Part shown: piece after piece, positions 10,201 to 18,174 of the stretch | Position numbering within the stretch: the first letter of the stretch is position 1 | How the letters are laid out: each line of letters starts with the position of its first letter | Program-made: the position numbers and the translations under genes | Origin: a virus | Taxonomy: Duplodnaviria; Caudoviricetes | Direction: 5' to 3' (one strand) | Length of the DNA: 64,000 nt | IMG/VR virus record: IMGVR_UViG_3300020037_002731 | Coordinates: 20,352 to 84,351 of that record | The notes under the pieces: model-generated | Told to the model about the DNA's origin: nothing | Databases searched by the model: none | Seen by the model: only the letters and a program-made list of their open reading frames with translations

Positions 10201-13200
10201 ATTAATTACTGGTAAGTATAACCATATTGGTACAGTTACTTTACCATAATCTCCTTGTAATCTCTTGTATTCTTGAGTAAATAAGTTCTTTAAAGCTTGT
10301 ATTCCATCAGCACTAATCTTTCCTTCTTCATACAAGTTTCTAAATGGAACTGTAACTCCATAAAAAGATCTTTTATCACCTATAATACTAGGAGCAGTTA
10401 TGTAGTACCCATTTTTATCTCTATTCTGAAATAATCCATGAAGTACTCTAAGTACATCTTGAGCATCAGAATCTTTGTAAGTTTTACCTTCTTCAAAAGA
10501 ATTATCTCCTATGTAAAATATCTCCAAGTTTTGGAATCTTCCCTTTATTAAATCTGTATTATCTCCAAATAAGAAATTATTAAATTCCAGGTATTCTCCT
10601 TTCTTAGTACTTACTTTTATATTTTGAAGTGTTTCATATTTTTCAGATAACTCTTTTAATAATTGTGAATAACTACTATAAGGTACATAAGTGTATCTAT
10701 TAGTGTTATCTGAAGCTCTATAATTAGGAATAATAAAGTTCTTACTAAATTGAGCATTAGCATTAGCTATTGCTAATAATCTTCCAGATAAATTACTATC
10801 TAAGAAAGGATTTCTTATTTCTGTACTTTCTTTTGAATTACCAGTATTTTTAAATAAAATATCTTGTAACTTAATTAAATCTGCACTAGTAATATCTCCC
10901 TGTTCATTCTTTATAAGTTCTCTAAGTACTAATGAATCTTCATCTGTATTATCAAACATTACTTCTAAATAACTTTCTTCTAATTCAATACCTAAAGAAT
11001 TAAATATCTTCTTAACTACAGTACTTTTATGTAAATTTCCTTTAATAACATTACTTCCATCAACAACCCATTTATCTGATACAGGTTTATCTTCAAGGAA
11101 AGGTACTAGATTTTCTAAATTGTATTGAAGATCTTTTCTGAATTTTTCATCTTGTAATAATTTATCATCTATTACTAAGCTATAATTAGTACTCCAATTA
11201 TCAAAAGTATAAATTCCAGCATCATGTTTATTAGTTTTCTTAACAAGTACTTTCTTATCTTGAGTAAATACTGTTACATAAGGTAATCTAGCTAACTTGA
11301 ATTGATTAACAAACCTAGTTAAAAACATTTCATCCTGAAAAGTAATTCCTTGAGGAGTTTCTTTGCTGTATTTTTTTTCTGTATTTAATTTATTGTATAA
11401 AGCATTAATTTCAGGATTTTTAGTTCCTAAAGCTTTAATTGTACCAAGTACTTTATTAGCATCTTGATTAGTTAAAATACTAAGAAGTTGATTATATACT
11501 CTAGGAAAATTTACAGCAGTTTCTATTTCTTTACCATAGAAATTAACAGTGTAAATACTACTAGCTATGAAAGTTTTAATTTCAGAAGATACTCTATCTA
11601 GTGTATTTACTTCAGAATCTAATCTATCATACTCCTTCATATCCTTATCTACATCAGTATCAAAGTTTTCTTCTTCTTCTGTAATAGGATTATATCTTAA
11701 ATATTTTAAATATTTTTCAGCTTCACTTTGAACTAAAGCTTTATTATTTTTAATACCAAAGTTATACTTCTTAAATAATTTCTTTAGTTGATCTTTCTCA
11801 AACTCTGAAGTTTTAGAATTAATTAAAGCTAAATTAGATTTAGAAAAAGGATTGTATTCTTCAATTAAATCATTTATAATTGTATTGATACTCTTAGTAT
11901 TATCTAAAGAACTAGCTTTAGCAGTAATTAATGCTATTAAGTTTCTGCTCTCTTCAGCACTTAATCCACCTACTAATTTAGCTTTAACAAAGGGACTAAT
12001 AGGATTACTTTTATTAATACTTGAATTTACAAAAGCTCCTCTATCAATTTTATTGAATAAATCTATTGTCTTTACATTACCTGTAAAGAAATTAATAATA
12101 CTGTCAAATAAATCAAATATAACTTTTTTCCAAGGTTTAGGTTGATTTAATTCTTTATTATTTCTCTTATCTGCATACTCATCTGATAATTTTTCTTCAA
12201 ATACAAGATTTTCAATATCTTTTCTTGAAATAATTTTATCCTTAAGTAATTTAATTAAATCAGGTCTTTTGCTTAAAAGATCTTGTACTTCTGAATTTAA
12301 TTGTTCAGGACTGTAATTTAATTCTTTACTTTTAGCTTTTAAGTATCTTTCTTGTTCTTGAGGACTTAATACAGTACTAAATACAGCATGGAAAGCTTCA
12401 TGATCTACATCAAGATAACCCATTTTTTCTGAAATATATACTGCATTATCTCTATAAAATCCTACAGGAATTCCAATTACATTCAACTGATCTAGTACTC
12501 TTTCTATTCTTTCTATACTTATTCCTGAAGGAATTTGAGATAATAACCTAGCTCTAATTTCATCATAAGTTTTAGGTTCTGAACTTAATTGAGATTCATC
12601 AGTGTAAATTTTAGTTTTATTAAAGTCTTTATTACTTTCATTCCAATCTCTAATTAATTCTTGAATTTCTTCTGGAGTGTATCCTGCTACAATAGCACTA
12701 TCTATTATATCTTGAAGTTCTGAAGAGTATTTAGATTCTACTTTAGTTTCTTTAATATCCTCTTGTATTTCCTTTGTTTCAGTAGTTTCTTCAGATATTT
12801 TTTCTTCTTGCTGTTCATTAATAGTTTCTTGATTTAAAACTTTAGGATCAAATTTAAACAATAAAGTATAGTTCTTTAGTACTTCAGGGTTAACTCTAAT
12901 ACTAAATTGATCAATACTAGCATTTGTAGGATCAATACTTTGTCTAAAAGAATTTTCATCAATTTCTTTAATCTTATTTTTAATACTAGCATTAATAAAA
13001 TTAATAAGATCTACTTCAGTCCAATTAGTTATATCAGGTAAAATAGTTCTATTAGTAATCTTATTTCCAATACCATACCCTAAAGCTAGCTGCATTTTAT
13101 TGCCAGCTTTATCATTATGTACAAATTTAATTACATCTCCTGGTAGTGAAGCTATCCAAAAGTTAATATCATTGGTAATTAAATCAGCTTGTTCTCTTGT

Positions 13201-16200
13201 AATATTAGGATTAGCATCAATTTTAGCTTTAATGTCTTTAATGTTCTGTAAAAAATCAGTACTTGGTATTGGTTTAGCTTGAATAGGTAACCATCTTCCT
13301 AAACCATTAATAAGTTTAGCAAATACAAAGAATGATTTTCTAAATCTATTATCTTTATGAAATTCATACTCCTGATCTGATAAGAATGGAATACCAGTCA
13401 TATCTTTACCATTAATACTTTGAGTTCTAGATACTTCAGATACTATAGGAGAATCTTTAAAAGCACCTTCAAATAATGTAGAATCTAGATCTATAGAAGG
13501 TTCATCCCTTGGTATCCATGATACTTCTCCACTTAAATCAAAATCTACTGCTCCTTTAGGTAATGGTACTTCTGGTAAATTTTGAGTACTAAACCACTTA
13601 ACTAAATCATCATTAAATCTCTTTAATAAATCCCAATTAGCTTTAAATGTATCAAGTTCTGATTGAGTAAAAGGTTTACTTCCTAACTTTTCATCATAGT
13701 TACTAAATACTCTATTAAATTCAGTTAGAGTCCATTTAGCATCATTAAAATCTATAGTAACTCCATTAGCATCTACAAATAAATTAGGATTATTTATTCC
13801 AGTAATATTTCTTCCTTCTTCTGGTACTTCTCCTGTTTCTGGATCTGTAATATCTAAAAGAATATCTATATCATATCTACCTTGGAGTTTAATTTCTTTA
13901 TTTCCAAATAAAGTTCTTTGACCATTTTTTTGTTCTTCTTCAAGATTAGCATTAACTTGTGATTTATTTACTTTAATACTAACATAATCTTTCCAGTTAG
14001 GAAGTTTAGCTATTTTATTAATTAATTCTTTAGTTTTAGCAGAAAATCCTCTATTACTTGCATACCCTTGAAACCACATTCTAGTAAAATGGTTTTCTCC
14101 ATAAAGTACTTGCTTAGTTCCTTTATTAATATTAGTTTTACCTGGCTCATAGTACCCATTTTCTTCAGTATAAGTATTACCTTTTTCATCTTCCCATACT
14201 CCTTGAGGATTTACTTTTACTTTAATTTTACTTCCAAGTACTCCTTGTTTTTCTATTGTAATATCAAAAGAGTCTGTAACTATAGGAGGTTGAGGAGGAG
14301 TAGGTGGTGTTGGAGGTTTTTCTTCAACCTTTACTTCAGGTTTAGGAGGATTTTGTTTAGTTTCAATCTTTTCTAAGTTCTCTTTAATACCTTTCTCTGA
14401 AGTTAAATCATTGTAAGCTTTAGTATATATCTCTCTTCTTTTATTTAATTTAATAATATCATTAACACTTTCTATTAAATGTTTATGATGTACTGGATTA
14501 GTATCTTTAATTTCCTGATTTGTAGCTTCAATATATTCTTCTTTACCTTTTTTATCCAAGGTATTAAAATAAATATTATTAAAACTAACTCCAAAAGAAT
14601 TTAAATCAGCATTAATCTTTAGTATTCTATTATTAGTATTATCTAATGAACTAGCAGTATGAGTAGCTAAGTTCTGTAATTCTTTAAAAGTTAAGTACTT
14701 AGCAGTATCTTTCTTTTGATCATAAGGATTAGGTAAATTTAGTAGTACTGCATCATTAACTTTCTTAATATTATTAATTTCTTTAACTAAAGAATTTATA
14801 GTATCATTACTGTCCCATCTTTGAGTATCTGCTATAGTAACATCATTACCAAAAACTTGATTTAATTCCTCTGCACTAGCATTTTTTAATGAATTAACTC
14901 TATCTATTAAAATACCTAAAGTTCCAGCTTGTAAATTCTGTTGAACTAAAGATACTATAGAACTATGTCTATCATTGAAATAATTAAATTTATCTCTGTT
15001 AGTTATAGCCTCATCAGCTAATTGTTGATAAGTTAAAGTTCTATCAGTTTCTAATAACTTATTTTTCATAACCTCATTTAATTGAGGTAACATCTTATTA
15101 GCAAAATCTAACTGAAATTTCTTTCTTTCAGCATCACTTTTAGCATTTCTAAAATGTCCTAAAGTTCCTGCACCACCACCTATTAAACCTCCAATTACAG
15201 TACTTTCTAGCCCTTCCTTGGTAGTTAATCCATCATACAAGGCTTTACCTATACTTTCAAATATATTAGCATTATTACCATTGTACTTATTATCTAAGTA
15301 ATCATTAATGGCTGCATTACTAGCAAACTGTAAATATTCTTGACCTCCTTCTGTAACAATACTTTCAGTTACAGGATTTTTAACTTTTCTAAAAGCTTTA
15401 GCATACTTACTTCCAGCATCTTCTATTAATTTACCATCTTTTAGTACAGTCTTAAGTCCTGCTTCTACATCATTAGCTCCAGGTCTAATTAAATTCTTGA
15501 AGATAAAAGTATTAGTAGGAGCTAGTACTGCCATGTTAATAGCAAAGTTAGCTAAACTACCAGAGTTAGCTATTTCTTCTTTTTGAGCATCACTTAAATC
15601 ATTTCTATCTTTTAATGTTTCAAGAATTTGATCTTTAGTTTGTCTAGCTTCTAAGGAACTTTCCATAGTAGCCATAATAGTACCTAAAGTTAATTGAGCT
15701 TTAAGATTAGGACTTATTGTATTAATACCTTTACTAGCTGCTTGTACTGCTGCTTCAGCATCTTTAAATTTAGTTCCTACTGAAGCTGCTTTACCTAAAT
15801 TAAAAGCTTTAGTTAATGCTGCACCAGTTAAAAAACTTCCTGCTGTATAACCAGCACCACTTAATAAAGCATCAAGAAAATGTCCTGAAGCTAAGTTTTC
15901 ATAACTAAAGAAATTACTATCTTTTTGAGCTTGTGATTGATATACTTTAAAAGTATCTTGAAACCAGTTATTAATAGGATCTACTACTCCTCTGGATATT
16001 TCATTATCAAATATTTCAGATAGTCCATTTACATAAGCAGTTTTAGCTGATTTACCTTTAGTCAATTCATCTATTTGTACAAATGGAACTTTTAAAGCTC
16101 CATAAAATATAGCTGGAATTTCTAATGCTGCATTTAAAGCACTACCAGCAAAATGCATACTTGCATTTCCTAGTACATCCCAATTACTTTGATTACTATG

Positions 16201-16422
16201 CCTAATATCATCTCTTAAAAATCCAGACATTAATCCATAATCTAAACCATAAGGTTTTAAATTATTAAACTCTCCATACTTTCCTATATTTTCAGATAAG
16301 TTAGGTAATACTTTACTTCCAGGACTAGGTGAACCTACAAACCCATCTCCAACTAAAGAAATATCTTTAGGAAAAGAATCTGTATTATTTTTATTTAGAT
16401 TAATTGTTGTTGGAAATCCCAT
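4216..16422 (-). CDS. Virion RNA polymerase polyprotein, 4068 aa (crAss-type RNAP core + HExxH zincin + ASCH-like + C-terminal RecD/Dda-like SF1B helicase)
   Basis: RVPTQ (~8670) and GQDFDDDSL catalytic DxDxD (8539-8553); HEAFH (12388-12402); IKSGTKTTTIR; GYAGTGKT (5617-5640), IIDESSMV, HKSQG and YVGMSRA. Located in the crAss cargo locus. Confidence 0.88.
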   Translation of the reverse strand: MGFPTTINLNKNNTDSFPKDISLVGDGFVGSPSPGSKVLPNLSENIGKYGEFNNLKPYGLDYGLMSGFLRDDIRHSNQSNWDVLGNASMHFAGSALNAALEIPAIFYGALKVPFVQIDELTKGKSAKTAYVNGLSEIFDNEISRGVVDPINNWFQDTFKVYQSQAQKDSNFFSYENLASGHFLDALLSGAGYTAGSFLTGAALTKAFNLGKAASVGTKFKDAEAAVQAASKGINTISPNLKAQLTLGTIMATMESSLEARQTKDQILETLKDRNDLSDAQKEEIANSGSLANFAINMAVLAPTNTFIFKNLIRPGANDVEAGLKTVLKDGKLIEDAGSKYAKAFRKVKNPVTESIVTEGGQEYLQFASNAAINDYLDNKYNGNNANIFESIGKALYDGLTTKEGLESTVIGGLIGGGAGTLGHFRNAKSDAERKKFQLDFANKMLPQLNEVMKNKLLETDRTLTYQQLADEAITNRDKFNYFNDRHSSIVSLVQQNLQAGTLGILIDRVNSLKNASAEELNQVFGNDVTIADTQRWDSNDTINSLVKEINNIKKVNDAVLLNLPNPYDQKKDTAKYLTFKELQNLATHTASSLDNTNNRILKINADLNSFGVSFNNIYFNTLDKKGKEEYIEATNQEIKDTNPVHHKHLIESVNDIIKLNKRREIYTKAYNDLTSEKGIKENLEKIETKQNPPKPEVKVEEKPPTPPTPPQPPIVTDSFDITIEKQGVLGSKIKVKVNPQGVWEDEKGNTYTEENGYYEPGKTNINKGTKQVLYGENHFTRMWFQGYASNRGFSAKTKELINKIAKLPNWKDYVSIKVNKSQVNANLEEEQKNGQRTLFGNKEIKLQGRYDIDILLDITDPETGEVPEEGRNITGINNPNLFVDANGVTIDFNDAKWTLTEFNRVFSNYDEKLGSKPFTQSELDTFKANWDLLKRFNDDLVKWFSTQNLPEVPLPKGAVDFDLSGEVSWIPRDEPSIDLDSTLFEGAFKDSPIVSEVSRTQSINGKDMTGIPFLSDQEYEFHKDNRFRKSFFVFAKLINGLGRWLPIQAKPIPSTDFLQNIKDIKAKIDANPNITREQADLITNDINFWIASLPGDVIKFVHNDKAGNKMQLALGYGIGNKITNRTILPDITNWTEVDLINFINASIKNKIKEIDENSFRQSIDPTNASIDQFSIRVNPEVLKNYTLLFKFDPKVLNQETINEQQEEKISEETTETKEIQEDIKETKVESKYSSELQDIIDSAIVAGYTPEEIQELIRDWNESNKDFNKTKIYTDESQLSSEPKTYDEIRARLLSQIPSGISIERIERVLDQLNVIGIPVGFYRDNAVYISEKMGYLDVDHEAFHAVFSTVLSPQEQERYLKAKSKELNYSPEQLNSEVQDLLSKRPDLIKLLKDKIISRKDIENLVFEEKLSDEYADKRNNKELNQPKPWKKVIFDLFDSIINFFTGNVKTIDLFNKIDRGAFVNSSINKSNPISPFVKAKLVGGLSAEESRNLIALITAKASSLDNTKSINTIINDLIEEYNPFSKSNLALINSKTSEFEKDQLKKLFKKYNFGIKNNKALVQSEAEKYLKYLRYNPITEEEENFDTDVDKDMKEYDRLDSEVNTLDRVSSEIKTFIASSIYTVNFYGKEIETAVNFPRVYNQLLSILTNQDANKVLGTIKALGTKNPEINALYNKLNTEKKYSKETPQGITFQDEMFLTRFVNQFKLARLPYVTVFTQDKKVLVKKTNKHDAGIYTFDNWSTNYSLVIDDKLLQDEKFRKDLQYNLENLVPFLEDKPVSDKWVVDGSNVIKGNLHKSTVVKKIFNSLGIELEESYLEVMFDNTDEDSLVLRELIKNEQGDITSADLIKLQDILFKNTGNSKESTEIRNPFLDSNLSGRLLAIANANAQFSKNFIIPNYRASDNTNRYTYVPYSSYSQLLKELSEKYETLQNIKVSTKKGEYLEFNNFLFGDNTDLIKGRFQNLEIFYIGDNSFEEGKTYKDSDAQDVLRVLHGLFQNRDKNGYYITAPSIIGDKRSFYGVTVPFRNLYEEGKISADGIQALKNLFTQEYKRLQGDYGKVTVPIWLYLPVINNHPEIFEKIKTQADINTHFESVVLPIIQADILSQIQKHEVKGMEFTEEYLYQFFLNNLINNSAVQQLTEGDLSQLKYIDLGTWEKSYNALFSERFKRESSLNASGKDMGEGNDKIIYTENTEAWVNIESGEVQWTKPEGEEAKKFYKKPINPDDAQVFQSPRGKFKDLKALGTLTELQKLALKKLNGEELDAEGNPVSLTREEIQSLDLVSQKHVTAGFDTLGNRVYYKMSIYTLTPWDTGYWNGKEWVAKKGQEQGFNRWKLLQNNNADLIVPKSAAKIFFGKSTPITGENPTIYEVPRKYRREQVLKESKDKTRVPWLTQIQQLIDFGLLDNEKNNLLKEEIQDIQVQLRNNTFDFLSSQLIDEQGNLKSDLSYVFQKYRDIIEETTSDMQMIELLRDTVGIPEYTLNLAHTRKKLEQIYLSGFKDAFQHKLGGAKLTMGSPIIYQTIRDENGEVIPSSQRNSDEYNDYPVSDLKVTWENGNPVGEIVISGYTAKRLGLKIGDTVVSLRVPTQGYNFMGRSKIVDILPDYMGDIVIAAPQLTLYAGQDFDDDSLFIFSKERHGKQYYGDATETEDKWEEYRDWYLNNNLDVKKELSKTLTELGYDKILKEVQELKLQRKINEWYIDDKDSFEWLFKQTRRDLKEALQKRYEDINDLRDYAARQVLEKFNLPGTLDDFILKGSPESQGALNNRLIIKLEEVMQQPELEKYFKQASTTDDTKESKEKIEKILGTDKITYNIFTPDGLIKAWDDNTASTTLRGSAVLAQSTGANLTKNRVDLNPEFYIQFNGETYKTFNTPDDVTYLKNNYSSEKVSTTIDNSKDPMASTFHWLVGSVSIFSYLNQLGINIKDGDAPLSVQPVIVKAGSLKPRELAPLLNDYMSKLKNKEVPNNLTSKELWDALEMDQNSQEFLQIQVKALRMYIKAQQISSFAFNVSRLNTLTRIIGSSFDTARSFLNSYDELTIPKLDKNGNPIPNPFDTVKLLQNEKNIVNNVRNLRKVLDIARNLFLQETEMFRNIQNETLSLLKGSTFKNTPKVRANLSTYLQMKVYKALNPNVKFAGLVTQLKDTTSEDLITTKFKNLLKYPEFKQNKFIKYLKPLSPGDKGNTTPLHILKFDSTTTPTKELSEVFIDSINQMYHSSNPEIAQFATDLLNYQAAMNNMEFGNNSFMRFIPVQMLRNLAQNLQKLNTELAKSNPSESVIKELTGKTSAELQNEFIRNYISNSNNYRSNVNKDSLPKEYKPVHEYRFSIELYSNEYLKPWINTPEGNKALSDELSKKYKDIQGDPEPKTNEEEIPEERFEISPEDQETIVLSPEIIQGIEGSEVLESPEKVLSLPMQSDNIEKIKSGTKTTTIRKEKLSEGTHKLPDGTLIEIKLIGEAKIEYLQGYANDEQGAEIDLKINGISQDLNTFAKNEGFEHWKDFTINNKFSSNFVNGNQSRFVYSIRPITQSEKTVQEEILPNPNIQEEPEIIEGNPMEFTFKSGYKLYLPFALNNEQRKALLKLEEFMNSGNKEITLSGYAGTGKTTLISLFDKYLSSQHRYPYYTAPTHRANAVTKLNNPNARVLTLHKLFGLTPDIRLDELGNYDIRDLEFAQKNKVKIQRGDLLIIDESSMVSDSLYDFIQKKIQELNIKVIYVGDKGQIKPVGQKNISKVFSTNQNPQIQLTKVERTGDNAILEESTNLRNGKDFTYTSKVNEKGIGVQYMDSTKEANDIISAAFTSDNFKQNKLFFRILSGTNQIVKEYNTLVRRILFNTNEQLVPGDILMGYDNFDIDYNTGEPLIINSGDYEVLSAKKSNKQIGSINESYSGYQVVLKNTLNSEDGNKYVFIVDNTEDPNKVLKFVQKVEAMNKEGAIAMKTGNRKKAAQMFAGARELQSQLAFMKDLKNQTGNYIVKKTLDYGYAHTIHKSQGGTYNKVLLLADTIDAFKDLELRQQLKYVGMSRATNNVFVLSSNNTSDLDDFIDYESIPQEPDELRNITQEEYDQIPNCVTI

Positions 16423-18173
16423 TATTTTATACTTAAGTTTCCTGTTTGAGGATTAATGAAATATATTTTTGATTTTTTTGTATCTGTATTAGTTACTCTA
16501 TAACTTCCATCTAATAACTCTTCTGAAGTATATCTTCCAGGACTAGCTCCTGATTGAGAATTACTTGGAATTTCAAATTCATTATAAGCAAATCCATCTT
16601 TATTAATATTAGGACTTTGAGAGGCTCTTAATATTCCATTAGCAAAGTATTGTGGAGCTTGTCTAGCTGTAATAGTAGGAGATTGAATAACTTTAACTAT
16701 TTGCCCTCCATTGTCTATAGCTACTTCTGTACTACCATATTCATGAGGAGAAAATACATCTTCATAAGTACCAGAGTAACTTACAGGCTTTCCTTTAAAT
16801 GTACCTACAAATTCTTTACCAGTGTATATTTTTCCACTTTCATCTGCATAAGAGAAATTAGAAGCTAATCCATCACCTACCATTCCTTTACCATCACTAC
16901 CTGGAAAGAAAGCTTCATTATAATTTTTTCTATAAGGAGAGTTAAGATTAGGTATAACTAAAGAACCTTGTACTGTAGCATTTTGTCTAAAATTTAAGTA
17001 ATCAGACACACCTTTAGTTTTTTCTTCTTCAGTATTCCAATTATCTTGTATAAAGCCTCTATTTTTAGCAGCTTGTTCTAAGTTTTTATAACCTTCAGTA
17101 TTTACATCTAAAGTATCATTATCTTCAAATATATTCTTAAATATTGCTGTAGCTAACCATTGAAGCCCACCAGACATTCCTACTACTCCAGGAGTTTCAT
17201 TTAAATCTTTCTGAAATGATCCATGAGTTCTGATTTTACCATCTGAACTTACATAATAAGGAGATTCTCCTTGAATCTTACTTCCTGGTTGAAATATACT
17301 TCCTGGGATTAAAGGACTTTCTTTTTCTTCAAACTCTTTATTTAATCTTGCATACCCTAAACTTCTTCCAGTGTAATCAAGTTTATTAATTGCATTTGAA
17401 TAACTAAATTGTGAAGACCTAGCTCTATCAGCTACCCACTCTTCAAATGTTTTATCTGTATTTCCATTATATTGTTCAAATCTATGATCTTTAGCCATTT
17501 GTTGATAAGCTTCAGAACTTAATCCAGATAAAAACATTGAGCCTATTCTATCATCACTAACTATCCCACCTTTTCCATCAGTAGCAAATCTGCCTGTAGT
17601 ATTATCAATAAAATCTCCATTTACAAAAGATACTCCCATATCTCCTATATCCTTTAAATTATCATGAAATTCTTTATTATAATCATAATAAGGATCTATA
17701 CTAGGAGGAAGTTTTAAAGTATTAGCTACACTTGTATCTCCCATTTGATACCTTTTAACAGCATCTAAATAGTCTAAAGCATTTTGATCTCTATAATCTT
17801 TACCTAATTTTTCTACATTCTTTTGGTACTCATTAAAAGCATTAGTTCTTTGGATAGCTCCATACACTTCTTTATCATTACTAAATGTACTTCTTAATCC
17901 TCTTAATTTATTTTGAGTAACTGGATCATCTAACTTTCCTGAAACCAAATCATTCATTCCTTGTACTAAAGAATTTACTTTGTTTATTTTATATTCTGTA
18001 TCTGGATTAAATACTGTTGCATAGTTTCCTTCTGTATTAAGAAAATCTTGTCCAGAATTTATAATATCCTGAATTCCAGCATCTTTCATTAACCCAACCT
18101 TAAATGCAGCTTCAAGTGGTTTGTGTACATATTGTGTTGGAGTTATAGCTCCACTGTATCTTGATGTAGCCAT
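16422..18173 (-). CDS. Ejected/cargo virion protein (crAss cargo locus)
   Basis: 583 aa, between the cargo-1-like gene and the RNAP gene. TAATG stop/start overlap with RNAP. Confidence 0.6.
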   Translation of the reverse strand: MATSRYSGAITPTQYVHKPLEAAFKVGLMKDAGIQDIINSGQDFLNTEGNYATVFNPDTEYKINKVNSLVQGMNDLVSGKLDDPVTQNKLRGLRSTFSNDKEVYGAIQRTNAFNEYQKNVEKLGKDYRDQNALDYLDAVKRYQMGDTSVANTLKLPPSIDPYYDYNKEFHDNLKDIGDMGVSFVNGDFIDNTTGRFATDGKGGIVSDDRIGSMFLSGLSSEAYQQMAKDHRFEQYNGNTDKTFEEWVADRARSSQFSYSNAINKLDYTGRSLGYARLNKEFEEKESPLIPGSIFQPGSKIQGESPYYVSSDGKIRTHGSFQKDLNETPGVVGMSGGLQWLATAIFKNIFEDNDTLDVNTEGYKNLEQAAKNRGFIQDNWNTEEEKTKGVSDYLNFRQNATVQGSLVIPNLNSPYRKNYNEAFFPGSDGKGMVGDGLASNFSYADESGKIYTGKEFVGTFKGKPVSYSGTYEDVFSPHEYGSTEVAIDNGGQIVKVIQSPTITARQAPQYFANGILRASQSPNINKDGFAYNEFEIPSNSQSGASPGRYTSEELLDGSYRVTNTDTKKSKIYFINPQTGNLSIK

Positions 18174-18174
18174 A

